DNA of 64,000 nucleotides from an uncultured bacterium (lineage in GTDB: Bacteria; UBP7; UBA6624). The stretch is from contig CAZFBE010000001.1 of NCBI GenBank assembly GCA_964517115.1, forward strand, positions 15,612 through 79,611, read 5' to 3'. A program made the position numbers and the translations under genes. Below the pieces are notes generated by a model, which ran no database searches, was not told the origin of the DNA, and saw nothing but the letters and a program-made list of their open reading frames with translations. How positions within the stretch are numbered: position 1 is the first letter of the stretch; the number at the start of each line of letters is the position of its first letter. Positions 36,223-45,820 of this stretch are shown here, piece after piece.

Positions 36223-37781
36223 ACAATAAAGAAAAAATCCAGCCAATTGATGATTCGATTATTATTCTTGACTTTGGAGCACAATATGCAAGGCTTATCG
36301 CAAGAAGAATAAGAGAAAAAAATATTTATTGTGAAATAAAACCATATGACACACCTGCTGAAGAAATACAAAAAATATCTCCAAAAGCAATAATTCTTTC
36401 AGGAGGCCCTGAATCCGTCCATGAAAAAGATTCTCCAAAGATAGACAAAAAGATTTGGGGGCTAAATATTCCAATGCTTGGAATATGTTATGGAATGCAA
36501 TTGATAGCTAATGAAATGGGTGGTAACGTAGAGCCTGGAAAAAAGAGCGAATATGGAAGCACTCAAATTGAAGTTTTAGAAAAAGAAAAACTGTTTGAAG
36601 GCCTTGAAAAAGAACTGATATGCTGGATGAGCCATAAAGATTTAGTAAAAAAACTACCAAAAGGATTCAAAGTGTTAGCAAGGTCAAAAAACATACCTAT
36701 TGCATCTTTTGGAAATGAAGAAAAAGGCCTGTATGGAATTCAGTTTCATGCAGAAGTAACCCATACAGTATGGGGAAAGGACCTGATTGAAAACTTTGTT
36801 TCAAAGATAGCAAAATGCAATAAAACATGGACGCCAGAATCAATAAGCAAAATGGCCGTAAGAAACATCAAAAAAGAAGTTGGGTCCCATAAAGTTCTTT
36901 GCGCTCTTTCGGGAGGCGTTGACAGTGTAACAACAGCGGTACTAATCCATAAAGCTATAAAAGACAATTTAACATGTGTTTTTATAGATCACGGACTTTT
37001 AAGGAAGGGAGAAAGGGACGAGGTAGAAAATGCTTTCAAATTCTTCAACATAGAACTTCATGTAATAGATGCTTCCGAAATGTTTTTAACAAAACTAGAA
37101 GGAGTAACAGATCCAGAGAAAAAAAGAAAAATAATTGGAGAATGCTTTATAAGAGTTTTTGAAAAATTTGCAAAAGAAAGACAAGATATCAAATATCTGG
37201 CACAAGGAACACTTTATCCAGATGTAATTGAATCTTTTGACCCAAAGGGAGGGCCAAGCTCAACTATAAAAACCCACCACAATGTTGGCGGACTGCCAGA
37301 AAAAATGGACTTCAAATTAGTAGAACCTTTGAGGTACTTTTTCAAAGATGAAGTGAGGAAAGTTGCACTCGAAATAGACATCCCTGAAGATATGGCTTAC
37401 AGGCAACCTTTCCCTGGTCCTGGACTTGCAATAAGGGTGATTGGAGAAATCACAAATGAAAAAATAAAAATCCTGCAAGAAGCTGATGAAATAGTCAGAA
37501 AAGAAATAGAAGGGACAATCCTAGATGAAGAAGTTTGGCAGTATTTTGCAGTCTTGACAGACTTGAAAACTGTAGGGGTTATGGGGGATGGAAGAACCTA
37601 TGAGCACTTGTGCGCAATTAGAGCGGTAACAAGCGTTGATGGGATGACTTGTGACTTTCCTGAACTCCCCTGGAGTTTAATAAGAAGAATGTCTAACAGG
37701 ATAATGAACGAAGTAAATGGGATAAATCGCTGTGTTTATGATGTCTCCACAAAACCGCCTTCAACAATTGAGTGGGAATAA
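36219..37781 (+). CDS. guaA: GMP synthase (glutamine-hydrolysing)
   Basis: GATase nucleophile GICYGMQL; ATP-PPase SGGVDS; C-terminal ...PPSTIEWE. Confidence 0.95.
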   Translation: MNNKEKIQPIDDSIIILDFGAQYARLIARRIREKNIYCEIKPYDTPAEEIQKISPKAIILSGGPESVHEKDSPKIDKKIWGLNIPMLGICYGMQLIANEMGGNVEPGKKSEYGSTQIEVLEKEKLFEGLEKELICWMSHKDLVKKLPKGFKVLARSKNIPIASFGNEEKGLYGIQFHAEVTHTVWGKDLIENFVSKIAKCNKTWTPESISKMAVRNIKKEVGSHKVLCALSGGVDSVTTAVLIHKAIKDNLTCVFIDHGLLRKGERDEVENAFKFFNIELHVIDASEMFLTKLEGVTDPEKKRKIIGECFIRVFEKFAKERQDIKYLAQGTLYPDVIESFDPKGGPSSTIKTHHNVGGLPEKMDFKLVEPLRYFFKDEVRKVALEIDIPEDMAYRQPFPGPGLAIRVIGEITNEKIKILQEADEIVRKEIEGTILDEEVWQYFAVLTDLKTVGVMGDGRTYEHLCAIRAVTSVDGMTCDFPELPWSLIRRMSNRIMNEVNGINRCVYDVSTKPPSTIEWE

Positions 37782-37790
37782 AAATAAAAA

Positions 37791-37985
37791 ATGATCTGCA
37801 TAAAAACTAAAATACCAGAAGAAATCTGCAACATCGATGATGAACTTAAAGCAATTTACCATAGCAAAAGTTCAATATGCATTTGGATATTTGAAACCAG
37901 AAAAGACAGGAATGAATTCATGAATGAAACTGTTGGAATGATGAAAGATGATAGAGAAAAACACTATAAAGCTTTTTATGTATAG
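37791..37985 (+). CDS. hypothetical small protein (64 aa)
   Basis: ORF tightly packed between guaA (9 nt upstream) and the next small ORF; no motif recognised. Coding status is uncertain. Confidence 0.3.
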   Translation: MICIKTKIPEEICNIDDELKAIYHSKSSICIWIFETRKDRNEFMNETVGMMKDDREKHYKAFYV

Positions 37986-38083
37986 AATGACTGCTGGAGT
38001 CAAAAAACAAATCGTTGCGGCACGATATTTCCGCAAAGCCGCCATCAAACATCAAATGGGAGTAAAAGTTCTTAGAAAAAACC

Positions 38084-38611
38084 ATGAATAAGCTTGGAAA
38101 AATCCTTTTCTCAAAAGAGGAAATCGAAAACAAGGTCAAGGATATTGCAAACAAAATAGATGATGACTACCAGGGGAAAGAAATTTCTTTTATCGTTGTC
38201 CTTAAGGGAAGTTTCATTTTTGCTTCAGATTTAATAAAAAATATAAAGACCAATTGTGAAATAGACTTTTTAGCAACTTCATCCTTTGAAGGAACAAGCT
38301 CAACTGGCCAAGTTCAAATAAAAAAAGACCTTGACATCTCGATTGAAAGCAAACATGTAATAATTATTGAAAATATAGTTGACACCGGACTTACATTGAA
38401 TTATTTGAAAAAAATAATTCTTGCAAGAAACCCTGCCTCTGTAAAGATAGTTTCCTTGTTGGAGAGAAAAGCCAATAGGGTTAAAGGTGTTCAAATTGAC
38501 TACTCCGGGTTTCAGATAAGGGATGACTACCTTGTTGGATACGGGTTAGACATTAATCAAAAATTTAGAAATTTAGAAGAAATAAGAAATCTTGAAAAAG
38601 TGAGGAAATAA
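38084..38611 (+). CDS. hpt: hypoxanthine phosphoribosyltransferase
   Basis: PRPP-binding motif VIIIENIVDTGLTL; VLKGSFIFASDL; 175 aa. Confidence 0.9.
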   Translation: MNKLGKILFSKEEIENKVKDIANKIDDDYQGKEISFIVVLKGSFIFASDLIKNIKTNCEIDFLATSSFEGTSSTGQVQIKKDLDISIESKHVIIIENIVDTGLTLNYLKKIILARNPASVKIVSLLERKANRVKGVQIDYSGFQIRDDYLVGYGLDINQKFRNLEEIRNLEKVRK

Positions 38612-38612
38612 T

Positions 38613-39806
38613 ATGGAAAAAAAACCAACAGAAGAGAAGCCAAAGGCAGAAGAGAAAAAATCAGTAAAGCTAACCAACAGAAAGGGAGTTGTTGACCTGA
38701 CTGATAGACACGGGTTCATAAGGGTCGACAGGTGGAAGCAAAGTAGTGATGATGTTTTTATTCCTCAGTTGATTAAAAATAAATTCAAACTCAAAACTGG
38801 TGATGTTGTTGAAGCAAAAATAATCCCTCCGAGAAAAATGAGGAAAGAGAAACATGCGGCAATCTCAGATATTGTTTCTATCAATGGCTCATCTTCACCA
38901 AGAGATTACATGAAAAAAAGAAAAGCGTTTGAAAAATTGACTCCAATATACCCAAATGAAAGAATTAGACTTGAAACGACACCCTTAAAAACAACAGCAA
39001 GAATAATTGACATCATTGCTCCAATTGGACTTGGGCAAAGGGCATTAATCGTTTCTCCGCCAAAAGCTGGGAAAACGACAATCTTGAAAGACATAGCTGA
39101 CTCAATTTCGCAAAATCATCCAAAAGTAGAATTATTTGCATTGCTAATTGATGAAAGGCCTGAGGAAGTTACAGATTTTGAAAGATCTATAGAGGGAGAG
39201 GTTATATCAAGTACATTTGATGAAAGACCGGAAAATCATACCCATGTTGCTGAACTGGTTATAGAACATGCAAAAACCTTAGCGGAGCAAGGCAAAGATG
39301 TTGTCATACTTCTAGACTCTATAACTAGATTAGCCAGGGCATACAACCTGACTGTAAGCTCAAGCGGAAGAACCTTGTCCGGAGGACTTGATCCTGCAAG
39401 TTTATATAAGCCAAAAAGGTTTTTTGGATCAGCAAGAAACATAGAGAATGGAGGGTCTTTGACCATAATTGCTACAGCGCTTGTTGACACAGGATCAAAA
39501 CTGGATGACATCATATATGAAGAATTTAAAGGAACAGGAAATCTGGAAGTTCATCTTGACAGAGGCCTAGCAAACAGAAGACTATACCCAGCTGTAGATA
39601 TAAATAAATCCTCAACAAGGCATGAAGAACTTCTTTACCAGGAAGAGGAATTAAGAAAAATATGGAAGTTAAGGAGAATGCTTTCCTCTTTAGATCCAGT
39701 AGAAAGCCTAGAGGTTATGCTCAATGGAATAAATAGCCATAAAACAAATGTCGAATTCTTAGAAGGAGAAGAGTTAAACAGAAACACTGGTAATATAACT
39801 TTTTAA
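38613..39806 (+). CDS. rho: transcription termination factor Rho (short N-terminus)
   Basis: OB-fold RNA-binding region GFIRVD...DVFIPQLIKNKFKLKTGDVV; Walker A PPKAGKTT; Walker B LLIDERPEEV; 397 aa. Confidence 0.9.
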   Translation: MEKKPTEEKPKAEEKKSVKLTNRKGVVDLTDRHGFIRVDRWKQSSDDVFIPQLIKNKFKLKTGDVVEAKIIPPRKMRKEKHAAISDIVSINGSSSPRDYMKKRKAFEKLTPIYPNERIRLETTPLKTTARIIDIIAPIGLGQRALIVSPPKAGKTTILKDIADSISQNHPKVELFALLIDERPEEVTDFERSIEGEVISSTFDERPENHTHVAELVIEHAKTLAEQGKDVVILLDSITRLARAYNLTVSSSGRTLSGGLDPASLYKPKRFFGSARNIENGGSLTIIATALVDTGSKLDDIIYEEFKGTGNLEVHLDRGLANRRLYPAVDINKSSTRHEELLYQEEELRKIWKLRRMLSSLDPVESLEVMLNGINSHKTNVEFLEGEELNRNTGNITF

Positions 39807-41515
39807 TGGATGACAGAGACAAAATTCGCTATGAAGTTTCAATTGTTGATACGATAAGCGAATATACAAAATTAAAAAAGAGTGGTTCAAGCTGGACAGG
39901 GCTTTGCCCTTTTCACAATGATAAGAATCCATCATTTTCCGTAAGCGAAGAAAAGGGGCTTTATAACTGTTTTTCATGTGGGGCATCTGGGGACATATTT
40001 AAATTTATACAAGAAAAACAAAATTTAGAATTTTCTGAAGCTCTAATATACCTTGCAGAAAAACACAATATAGAACTAACGTATAGAAAATCAGACTCAA
40101 CAAGCAAGTCAGATTATCAAATTCTTGAAGACCTTAATGCTTGGGTTGTAAAGATATTCAAAGATACAAATTATGGAAAAAGATTTAGAAACTACATGGA
40201 AAAAAGAGGATTTGAAGCAGAATGGTGTGTTGACCAAGGGATTGGAGCCTGGCTTCCTCAAGGAGACTTATTCAAGGAATACATCAAAAAGAAAAAAATG
40301 GATAAAAAAATCTTTATTGACCTTGGGGTTATAAAAAAATCTAATCCAGAAAAAAAATACCAAAATGATTGGGAGTATTTTGCTGAAAGAGTCTCTTTCC
40401 CAATAAGAGATTCCCTTGGAAGGATAAGAGGGTGGTCAGCAAGAACCCTCGATAACAAAAATCCAAGAAAATATGTAAACTCGCCAAATTCATCTATTTT
40501 TAAAAAAAGTGAACTTTTGTACAACTGGCATAATGCAAGAAAGGACAAAGGACCTTTGATACTGTGCGAAGGACAAGCTGATGTTTTAAGGTTTGAAAAA
40601 GAAGGCATAGGAGGTGCTGTTGCACCATTAGGGACAGCCTTTTCAGAGAATCAAGCCTTCATGGTTAAAAGAGTTAAGAATGAAGCAATCATAGTAATGG
40701 ACGGAGATGAAAAAGGGGTAATGGCAGCAAACAAAGCAATTGGAACTTTTTTAAAGGCAGGAATCGAGCCCTTGGTTGTAATTCCCCCCGAAGGCAAGGA
40801 CCCTGATGAATGGTTAAGAGAGGAAGGTAAGGAAGGGTGGACAGCTGCAAAAAAAGAAAATGCATTGGATTTCAAATTACAACAAATAATCAAAGAAGAA
40901 GATGGCCTTAAAACTGAAATTTCAAAACAACGTGCAATTGAAAAAATAAAACCAATAATTGAAAATATTGACAAGGATTTTTTACAGGATCAAATAATTG
41001 AAAAAATATCTCAATCTTTCGTCCTTCCAAAACACTTAGTAATTACAGAGCTGAAAAAAGAAATCCCAAAAAATAAAGAAAACCGTAGGCAAGAAAAAAA
41101 GAAGTTTGTATCTGAGGAAGAAGAACTCTTCAAATACCTTTTTAAGAATCCGGACAAATGGGATCTAATATCTGAAATATTAAATGAATACAATATTAAT
41201 GAATTTCAAAATGAAAAAATAAGAAACATTTTTTTCGTAATGAATAGCATCAAGTCTGTAAATCCAAAAATTTTAGCAGAACAGTTAGAAGAAAAAGAGA
41301 CTTCATTCATGACGGGATCTCTAATATCGGAAGAAAAAACAACTGTTGAGGATGTTGAAGAAATTTTAAAAATATTAATTTTGAGAAATTTAAAAAAAGA
41401 AAGAAGGCTTGTTTCAATCTCGGAAAAAAAAGACAAAATCAAAAAAATAAATGAAATAAATAAAAAAATAAATAACATAAGCCAAGAAGGAGTTCCGGGA
41501 TGGAATGAACTCTGA
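39806..41515 (+). CDS. dnaG: DNA primase
   Basis: CHC2 zinc finger CPFHNDKNPSFSV...CFSCG; TOPRIM LCEGQADV and DGDEKG. Confidence 0.9.
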   Translation: MDDRDKIRYEVSIVDTISEYTKLKKSGSSWTGLCPFHNDKNPSFSVSEEKGLYNCFSCGASGDIFKFIQEKQNLEFSEALIYLAEKHNIELTYRKSDSTSKSDYQILEDLNAWVVKIFKDTNYGKRFRNYMEKRGFEAEWCVDQGIGAWLPQGDLFKEYIKKKKMDKKIFIDLGVIKKSNPEKKYQNDWEYFAERVSFPIRDSLGRIRGWSARTLDNKNPRKYVNSPNSSIFKKSELLYNWHNARKDKGPLILCEGQADVLRFEKEGIGGAVAPLGTAFSENQAFMVKRVKNEAIIVMDGDEKGVMAANKAIGTFLKAGIEPLVVIPPEGKDPDEWLREEGKEGWTAAKKENALDFKLQQIIKEEDGLKTEISKQRAIEKIKPIIENIDKDFLQDQIIEKISQSFVLPKHLVITELKKEIPKNKENRRQEKKKFVSEEEELFKYLFKNPDKWDLISEILNEYNINEFQNEKIRNIFFVMNSIKSVNPKILAEQLEEKETSFMTGSLISEEKTTVEDVEEILKILILRNLKKERRLVSISEKKDKIKKINEINKKINNISQEGVPGWNEL

Positions 41516-42199
41516 ATGTGCATATCTTCAATTTTCATAAAAACACTAGATAATTCAATATCCATTGGATTCAACAGAGAAGAATCTCCTTTTAGGAAAT
41601 TTGAATCTCCAAAAATATTTACACATAAAAAAACAAAAATAATTTCAGGAATAGATAAAAAAGCTGGAGGAACCTGGTTCGGACTCAATGAAAAAAAAAT
41701 ATTCTGCCTTGTCACAAACAGACATAAAAAGAAATTTTCTAAAAAAATATCAAGAGGCTTGCTTCTTTTAAATCTTCTTTCAAAAAAAACAATTCGAGAA
41801 TGCCTTTCTTACGTTCAGGAAGAAACTGAAAGCGACTCTTATGAAGGGTTTAATTTGATATTTGGAAATACCGATAGAGTTTTTTATGCGAACAATATTA
41901 CAAAAAATATAAAAGAACTCAAAAAAGGAAACTACTATATCTCAAATCACCTACTGAATGACAAAAACTGCAAAAGGATAAAAGAACTCAAAAACAAATC
42001 CAAAAACCTAAATCACAAGAACTTCAAATCTGAAATGAAAAAAAATTTAGAATCAAAAGAATTGGAAAACAAATATATCCAAAGGGTGTCTTCGAACGTA
42101 TTGAAAATCAATCAAAAAGAATCATTCTGGGAATTTTCAAACATCAATGACGAATTTAAAAAATGGCAAAAATTAAATTTGGAAAAATTATTCAAATAA
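41516..42199 (+). CDS. NRDE/TANGO2-family (DUF833) protein
   Basis: N-terminal MCI... and an NREE variant of the NRDE motif (IGFNREESPFR); GGTWFG; ATG directly abuts the dnaG TGA. Confidence 0.6.
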   Translation: MCISSIFIKTLDNSISIGFNREESPFRKFESPKIFTHKKTKIISGIDKKAGGTWFGLNEKKIFCLVTNRHKKKFSKKISRGLLLLNLLSKKTIRECLSYVQEETESDSYEGFNLIFGNTDRVFYANNITKNIKELKKGNYYISNHLLNDKNCKRIKELKNKSKNLNHKNFKSEMKKNLESKELENKYIQRVSSNVLKINQKESFWEFSNINDEFKKWQKLNLEKLFK

Positions 42200-43594
42200 A
42201 GTCTTTTTGAAATCATTGATGATTGAAGGAACGTTCTTCTTTTCCGAAGATTCACAATAAACCCTTAAGACAGGCTCTGTGCCACTTGCTCTGACCATAA
42301 CCCAGCTATCTTTATTTAAATTCAACTTTATACCGTCTTCTAAAATAATTTGTTTTTTAGTTATGCCAAACTTCTTACATAGAGGATTGATATGTTTTTC
42401 TGGATCTTTCCTGACTGAATCAACAATTCTGCTTTCAACATTCAGATCCTCTCTTTCATAATGGAAATCTCCATACGTCTTCCTTAGGTCCTTTCTTAAG
42501 TTTCTTAAAGTTTTTTTTTCTTTTATCAAATGTTCTAAAATCTTTAAAGAAGCTAATAGCCCATCCCTTTCTGGGATGTGAAAACTAAATCCAACACCTC
42601 CAGACTCCTCGCCTGCAATCAATGCCTCTCCGTTGTCTAGATAATCTGAAAGATACTTAAATCCAACAGGGGTTTCAATCAGTTCGACCTTATGTTTGTT
42701 TGCAATTTTGTTTAACCATAGTGACGTTGGAAGGCTTTTTGCAATATTCCCTTTGCTTTCCTTCATGAGGATATCTGCAATAATCGCAAATGTTTCTTGA
42801 GGCCATAAAACCTCACCTCTTTCATCACAAAGAGCAAATCTATCCCCATCTCCATCAAAAGACATTCCTATAGAGTTTTTTCGAGAAGCAAGAACTGAAT
42901 CAGAAAGTATTTTTAAATTTGAAGGAATAGGCTCAGGAGTTACATTTCCAAATGTTGAATCTTTAAAATCCCTGATATATGAAATGGTCATATTTCCAGG
43001 GTTGATGAAAACGCCTTTGAACAAATCTATTTGAGCACCATGCATAAAATCAACAAAAATACTTCTCTTGGATTTTTTCAAAACATTAAAATCAACCAGC
43101 TCTTCAATTTCCTCTCTGTAAATTTGATTAAAATCTTGAGGAACATGTGGCCTTAGTCTCTTGTCAGACATATCAAAAACTTCAGATTCAATTTCAGATT
43201 CAATCTGAGAAATTATCTCTGAAGACAAAGGGCCTCCATTTGAGCCTTTTAACTTGACTCCTAAATACGTATAAGGATTATGACTTGCCGTAATTTGAAC
43301 GCCTAAATCTGCTTCTAACTTCTTTACAGCTAAAGATAAACTTGGAGTAGGGCAAAAGGACTGAGAAAAAAGAACATGACAGCCTTCTGAGATCAAGCAC
43401 TCTACAGCTATAGAAGAAAAATCCCTAGCCTTAAACCTGGTGTCATATCCAACACAAACATGAGCCCTGCCGTCAACCATATCATTTATCCTTCTTCCTA
43501 CCGAATGCATTAATCTTCTTAGGTTGTTTTCATTAAAGTCAAAACCGATTTCTGCCCTCCAGCCATCAGTTCCAAATTTAATAGGCGTTGCCAT
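42188..43594 (-). CDS. phosphoglucomutase/phosphomannomutase-family alpha-D-phosphohexomutase
   Basis: FGTDGWR N-terminus, active-site TASHNP, metal loop FDGDGDR; 468 aa. Confidence 0.85.
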   Translation of the reverse strand: MATPIKFGTDGWRAEIGFDFNENNLRRLMHSVGRRINDMVDGRAHVCVGYDTRFKARDFSSIAVECLISEGCHVLFSQSFCPTPSLSLAVKKLEADLGVQITASHNPYTYLGVKLKGSNGGPLSSEIISQIESEIESEVFDMSDKRLRPHVPQDFNQIYREEIEELVDFNVLKKSKRSIFVDFMHGAQIDLFKGVFINPGNMTISYIRDFKDSTFGNVTPEPIPSNLKILSDSVLASRKNSIGMSFDGDGDRFALCDERGEVLWPQETFAIIADILMKESKGNIAKSLPTSLWLNKIANKHKVELIETPVGFKYLSDYLDNGEALIAGEESGGVGFSFHIPERDGLLASLKILEHLIKEKKTLRNLRKDLRKTYGDFHYEREDLNVESRIVDSVRKDPEKHINPLCKKFGITKKQIILEDGIKLNLNKDSWVMVRASGTEPVLRVYCESSEKKNVPSIINDFKKTLFE

Positions 43595-43631
43595 GTTTTT
43601 TTATCCTAATAGAGATTATGATAAAGGAATT

Positions 43632-43988
43632 ATGGACACAATTTTTGAAAAAGCCAAGAGCCTAGGTTTAAATTTAGGCCAATCCGAAGAAGCGAAAGCT
43701 ATAAGAAGGGCTCAAGAGTCCCTGGGTAAAGATGAAGAACTCAAAGGTTTCTTAGGCCAAATGCAAGCTTTGCAAGATCAAGCTTACGGAATGAAAGCAA
43801 GAGGAACTGAAATCCCTGATGAGTTAAAGAAGAAAATAGAAGCGGTTCAAATGAAAGTTGAAGCAAAACCAATCTATCAACAATTTGTTGCTGCCCAAAT
43901 GAATTTTGAAAAACTCATGCAAAAAGTAAACAAGACGATTGAAGAAGGAATGAAAGAGGGTGGCGAAAGAAAGATAATCGTTCCTTGA
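43632..43988 (+). CDS. YlbF/YmcA-like helical protein
   Basis: All-helical about 118 aa with a YlbF-like pattern (SEEAKAIRRAQ ... KPIYQQFVAAQMNFEKLMQKVNKTI). The start was chosen at ATG 43632, preceded by AAGGA. The longer TTG-started ORF would overlap the divergent phosphomutase gene. Confidence 0.5.
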   Translation: MDTIFEKAKSLGLNLGQSEEAKAIRRAQESLGKDEELKGFLGQMQALQDQAYGMKARGTEIPDELKKKIEAVQMKVEAKPIYQQFVAAQMNFEKLMQKVNKTIEEGMKEGGERKIIVP

Positions 43989-45148
43989 AAATGAGAAAAT
44001 ATATATTTATTTTCTTTTTAGCTGTAATTTTTCCATCCTGCTCTAGCCCTTGGGCGAAAAAAGAAAGTTTCCAACTTGATGAACTAGAAAAAACAACAGT
44101 TGAAAACATAACGATAAAAAGAACTGTTGTTGCATATGGCTCAATTCAACCCCTTATAGAAGTTGAAGTAAAAAGCGAGGCTTCTGGGATAGTCTCAGAA
44201 GTTCTAGTTGAAAAAGGGGATAAAGTACACAAGGGACAAGAGTTGATAAAACTAGACGAAAAATTACTAAAATCAAAACTCAATCAAGCCTTGGCAACTA
44301 AGACTTCTTCAGAGGCGAGTTTAAAATCCTCAGAGCTTGAATTAGAGTCATCAAGAAGAAATCTTGAAAGAACGAGGGAGCTAGTTCAAAAAGGTTTCGG
44401 AACCCAGGAAGAACTTTTTCAGGCTGAAGAAAGATTTGAAAGGTCGGAATTAACCCTGAAGATACAAGAAGCAAATCTACAAGAAGTCCTTGAGAGGGTT
44501 AACGAAGCTCAGGAAGAACTTGGCAATGCAACAATATACTCCGCCCTAGATGGAACAGTTTTAAATCTACTAGTTGAAGAAGGCTCTGCAGTCTCTTCTG
44601 CAACAGGAGGAATGGGAGGTGGAACTAGTTTGCTTATTGTGGGAGATATGCAAACTATGAAATTCCTGGGCCTGGTTGATGAAACTGAAGTCAGCACTGT
44701 TGAAGAAGGAATGGATTGCAATATACAAGTTCAAAGCCAGCCAGATTCAACTTTCAAAGGCAAATTGTATAGAGTTTACCCAATGGGAATTGATTATGGG
44801 GGGATAATTAATTATCAAATAGAAGTCAGGATTGACAATTCGGAATACAAACTTCTTCCAAAAATGACTGGGGAAGCGAGATTTACTGTTTCTGAATTCG
44901 AAACTATTGGACTTCCTGATACAGCTTTAATCTTTGAAGACTCAAAAACATTTGTTTGGAAGATAGATGAAAAAGGAACCCCAAAAAGAACTCTTGTTAC
45001 CGTTGGAAAAATTGGTGATGAAAATGTTGAAATTTCATCAGGGGTCTCTCTTGGAGACGAGGTTGTAAATAGGCCTCCAGCAGATCTTGAAATGAAGCTG
45101 ATTGGTTCAAGAAGTGGTCGAGGCAGAGGCGGACCTTCCAAAGACTAA
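43985..45148 (+). CDS. efflux transporter periplasmic adaptor subunit (HlyD/MacA-like lipoprotein)
   Basis: Lipobox-like AVIFPSC; coiled-coil hairpin region; barrel-sandwich motifs; precedes the ATPase/permease pair. Confidence 0.8.
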   Translation: MKMRKYIFIFFLAVIFPSCSSPWAKKESFQLDELEKTTVENITIKRTVVAYGSIQPLIEVEVKSEASGIVSEVLVEKGDKVHKGQELIKLDEKLLKSKLNQALATKTSSEASLKSSELELESSRRNLERTRELVQKGFGTQEELFQAEERFERSELTLKIQEANLQEVLERVNEAQEELGNATIYSALDGTVLNLLVEEGSAVSSATGGMGGGTSLLIVGDMQTMKFLGLVDETEVSTVEEGMDCNIQVQSQPDSTFKGKLYRVYPMGIDYGGIINYQIEVRIDNSEYKLLPKMTGEARFTVSEFETIGLPDTALIFEDSKTFVWKIDEKGTPKRTLVTVGKIGDENVEISSGVSLGDEVVNRPPADLEMKLIGSRSGRGRGGPSKD

Positions 45149-45154
45149 AAACCG

Positions 45155-45820
45155 ATGTCTTTAATTGAACTAAAAGATATATCGAAGATTTACAGAACTG
45201 GCAAGATAGCTTTCAAAGCATTGAAAAATGTAGATTTGAAAATAGAGAAAGGAGAAAGCCTTTCTATCATAGGGCCCTCCGGCTCTGGAAAAAGTACCTT
45301 AATGCATATCATTGGGTTGTTGGATAAACCAACTACAGGCTCTTACATTCTTGATGGAGAAAATATCAGCAATTTAAATAGCAACAAGTTAGCTATTTTA
45401 AGAAATCAAAAAATTGGTTTTGTTTTTCAAAGCTTTCATCTTCTCCAAGCAACAACAGCATGGGAAAATGTTGCACTTCCTCTTGCTTACTCAAGAAAAA
45501 ACAAAAAAGAAAAGAAAAAACAAGCAATGAAATATCTTGATCTAGTAGGTCTTGAAAGGTGGGCAAACCACAAAAGTAATGAACTTTCTGGAGGGCAAAT
45601 GCAGAGAGTTGCAATAGCAAGATCTCTTGTAAATAATCCAGAAATAATACTTGCTGACGAGCCTACAGGAAATCTTGACAGTAAAACAGGTGACGAAATT
45701 TTAAAAATTCTAGAAGACCAAAAACAAAGAGGCATAACCGTCATACTTGTTACACATGATCACAAAATTGCAAAAAAAACTGATAAAACGATTGAAATAC
45801 TTGATGGAAAAATAAGCTAA
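45155..45820 (+). CDS. ABC transporter ATP-binding protein (MacB/LolD-type)
   Basis: GPSGSGKST, LSGGQMQRVAIARSL and ILADEPTGNLD. Confidence 0.9.
   Translation: MSLIELKDISKIYRTGKIAFKALKNVDLKIEKGESLSIIGPSGSGKSTLMHIIGLLDKPTTGSYILDGENISNLNSNKLAILRNQKIGFVFQSFHLLQATTAWENVALPLAYSRKNKKEKKKQAMKYLDLVGLERWANHKSNELSGGQMQRVAIARSLVNNPEIILADEPTGNLDSKTGDEILKILEDQKQRGITVILVTHDHKIAKKTDKTIEILDGKIS

Noticed and set aside
37986-38083. A purine, PRPP or other riboswitch upstream of hpt, considered because the segment is locally GC-richer.
   Set aside because: I could not find the conserved purine-riboswitch junction sequences or any stem longer than 4-5 bp. A coding explanation (the 34-aa basic small ORF) fits the packing better.
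41206-41715. A 169-aa minus-strand ORF across the dnaG/NRDE-gene boundary.
   Set aside because: It is antisense to the Lys/Asn/Glu-rich tail of dnaG. Its Phe/Ser/Ile-rich translation is typical of a mirror-frame artefact.
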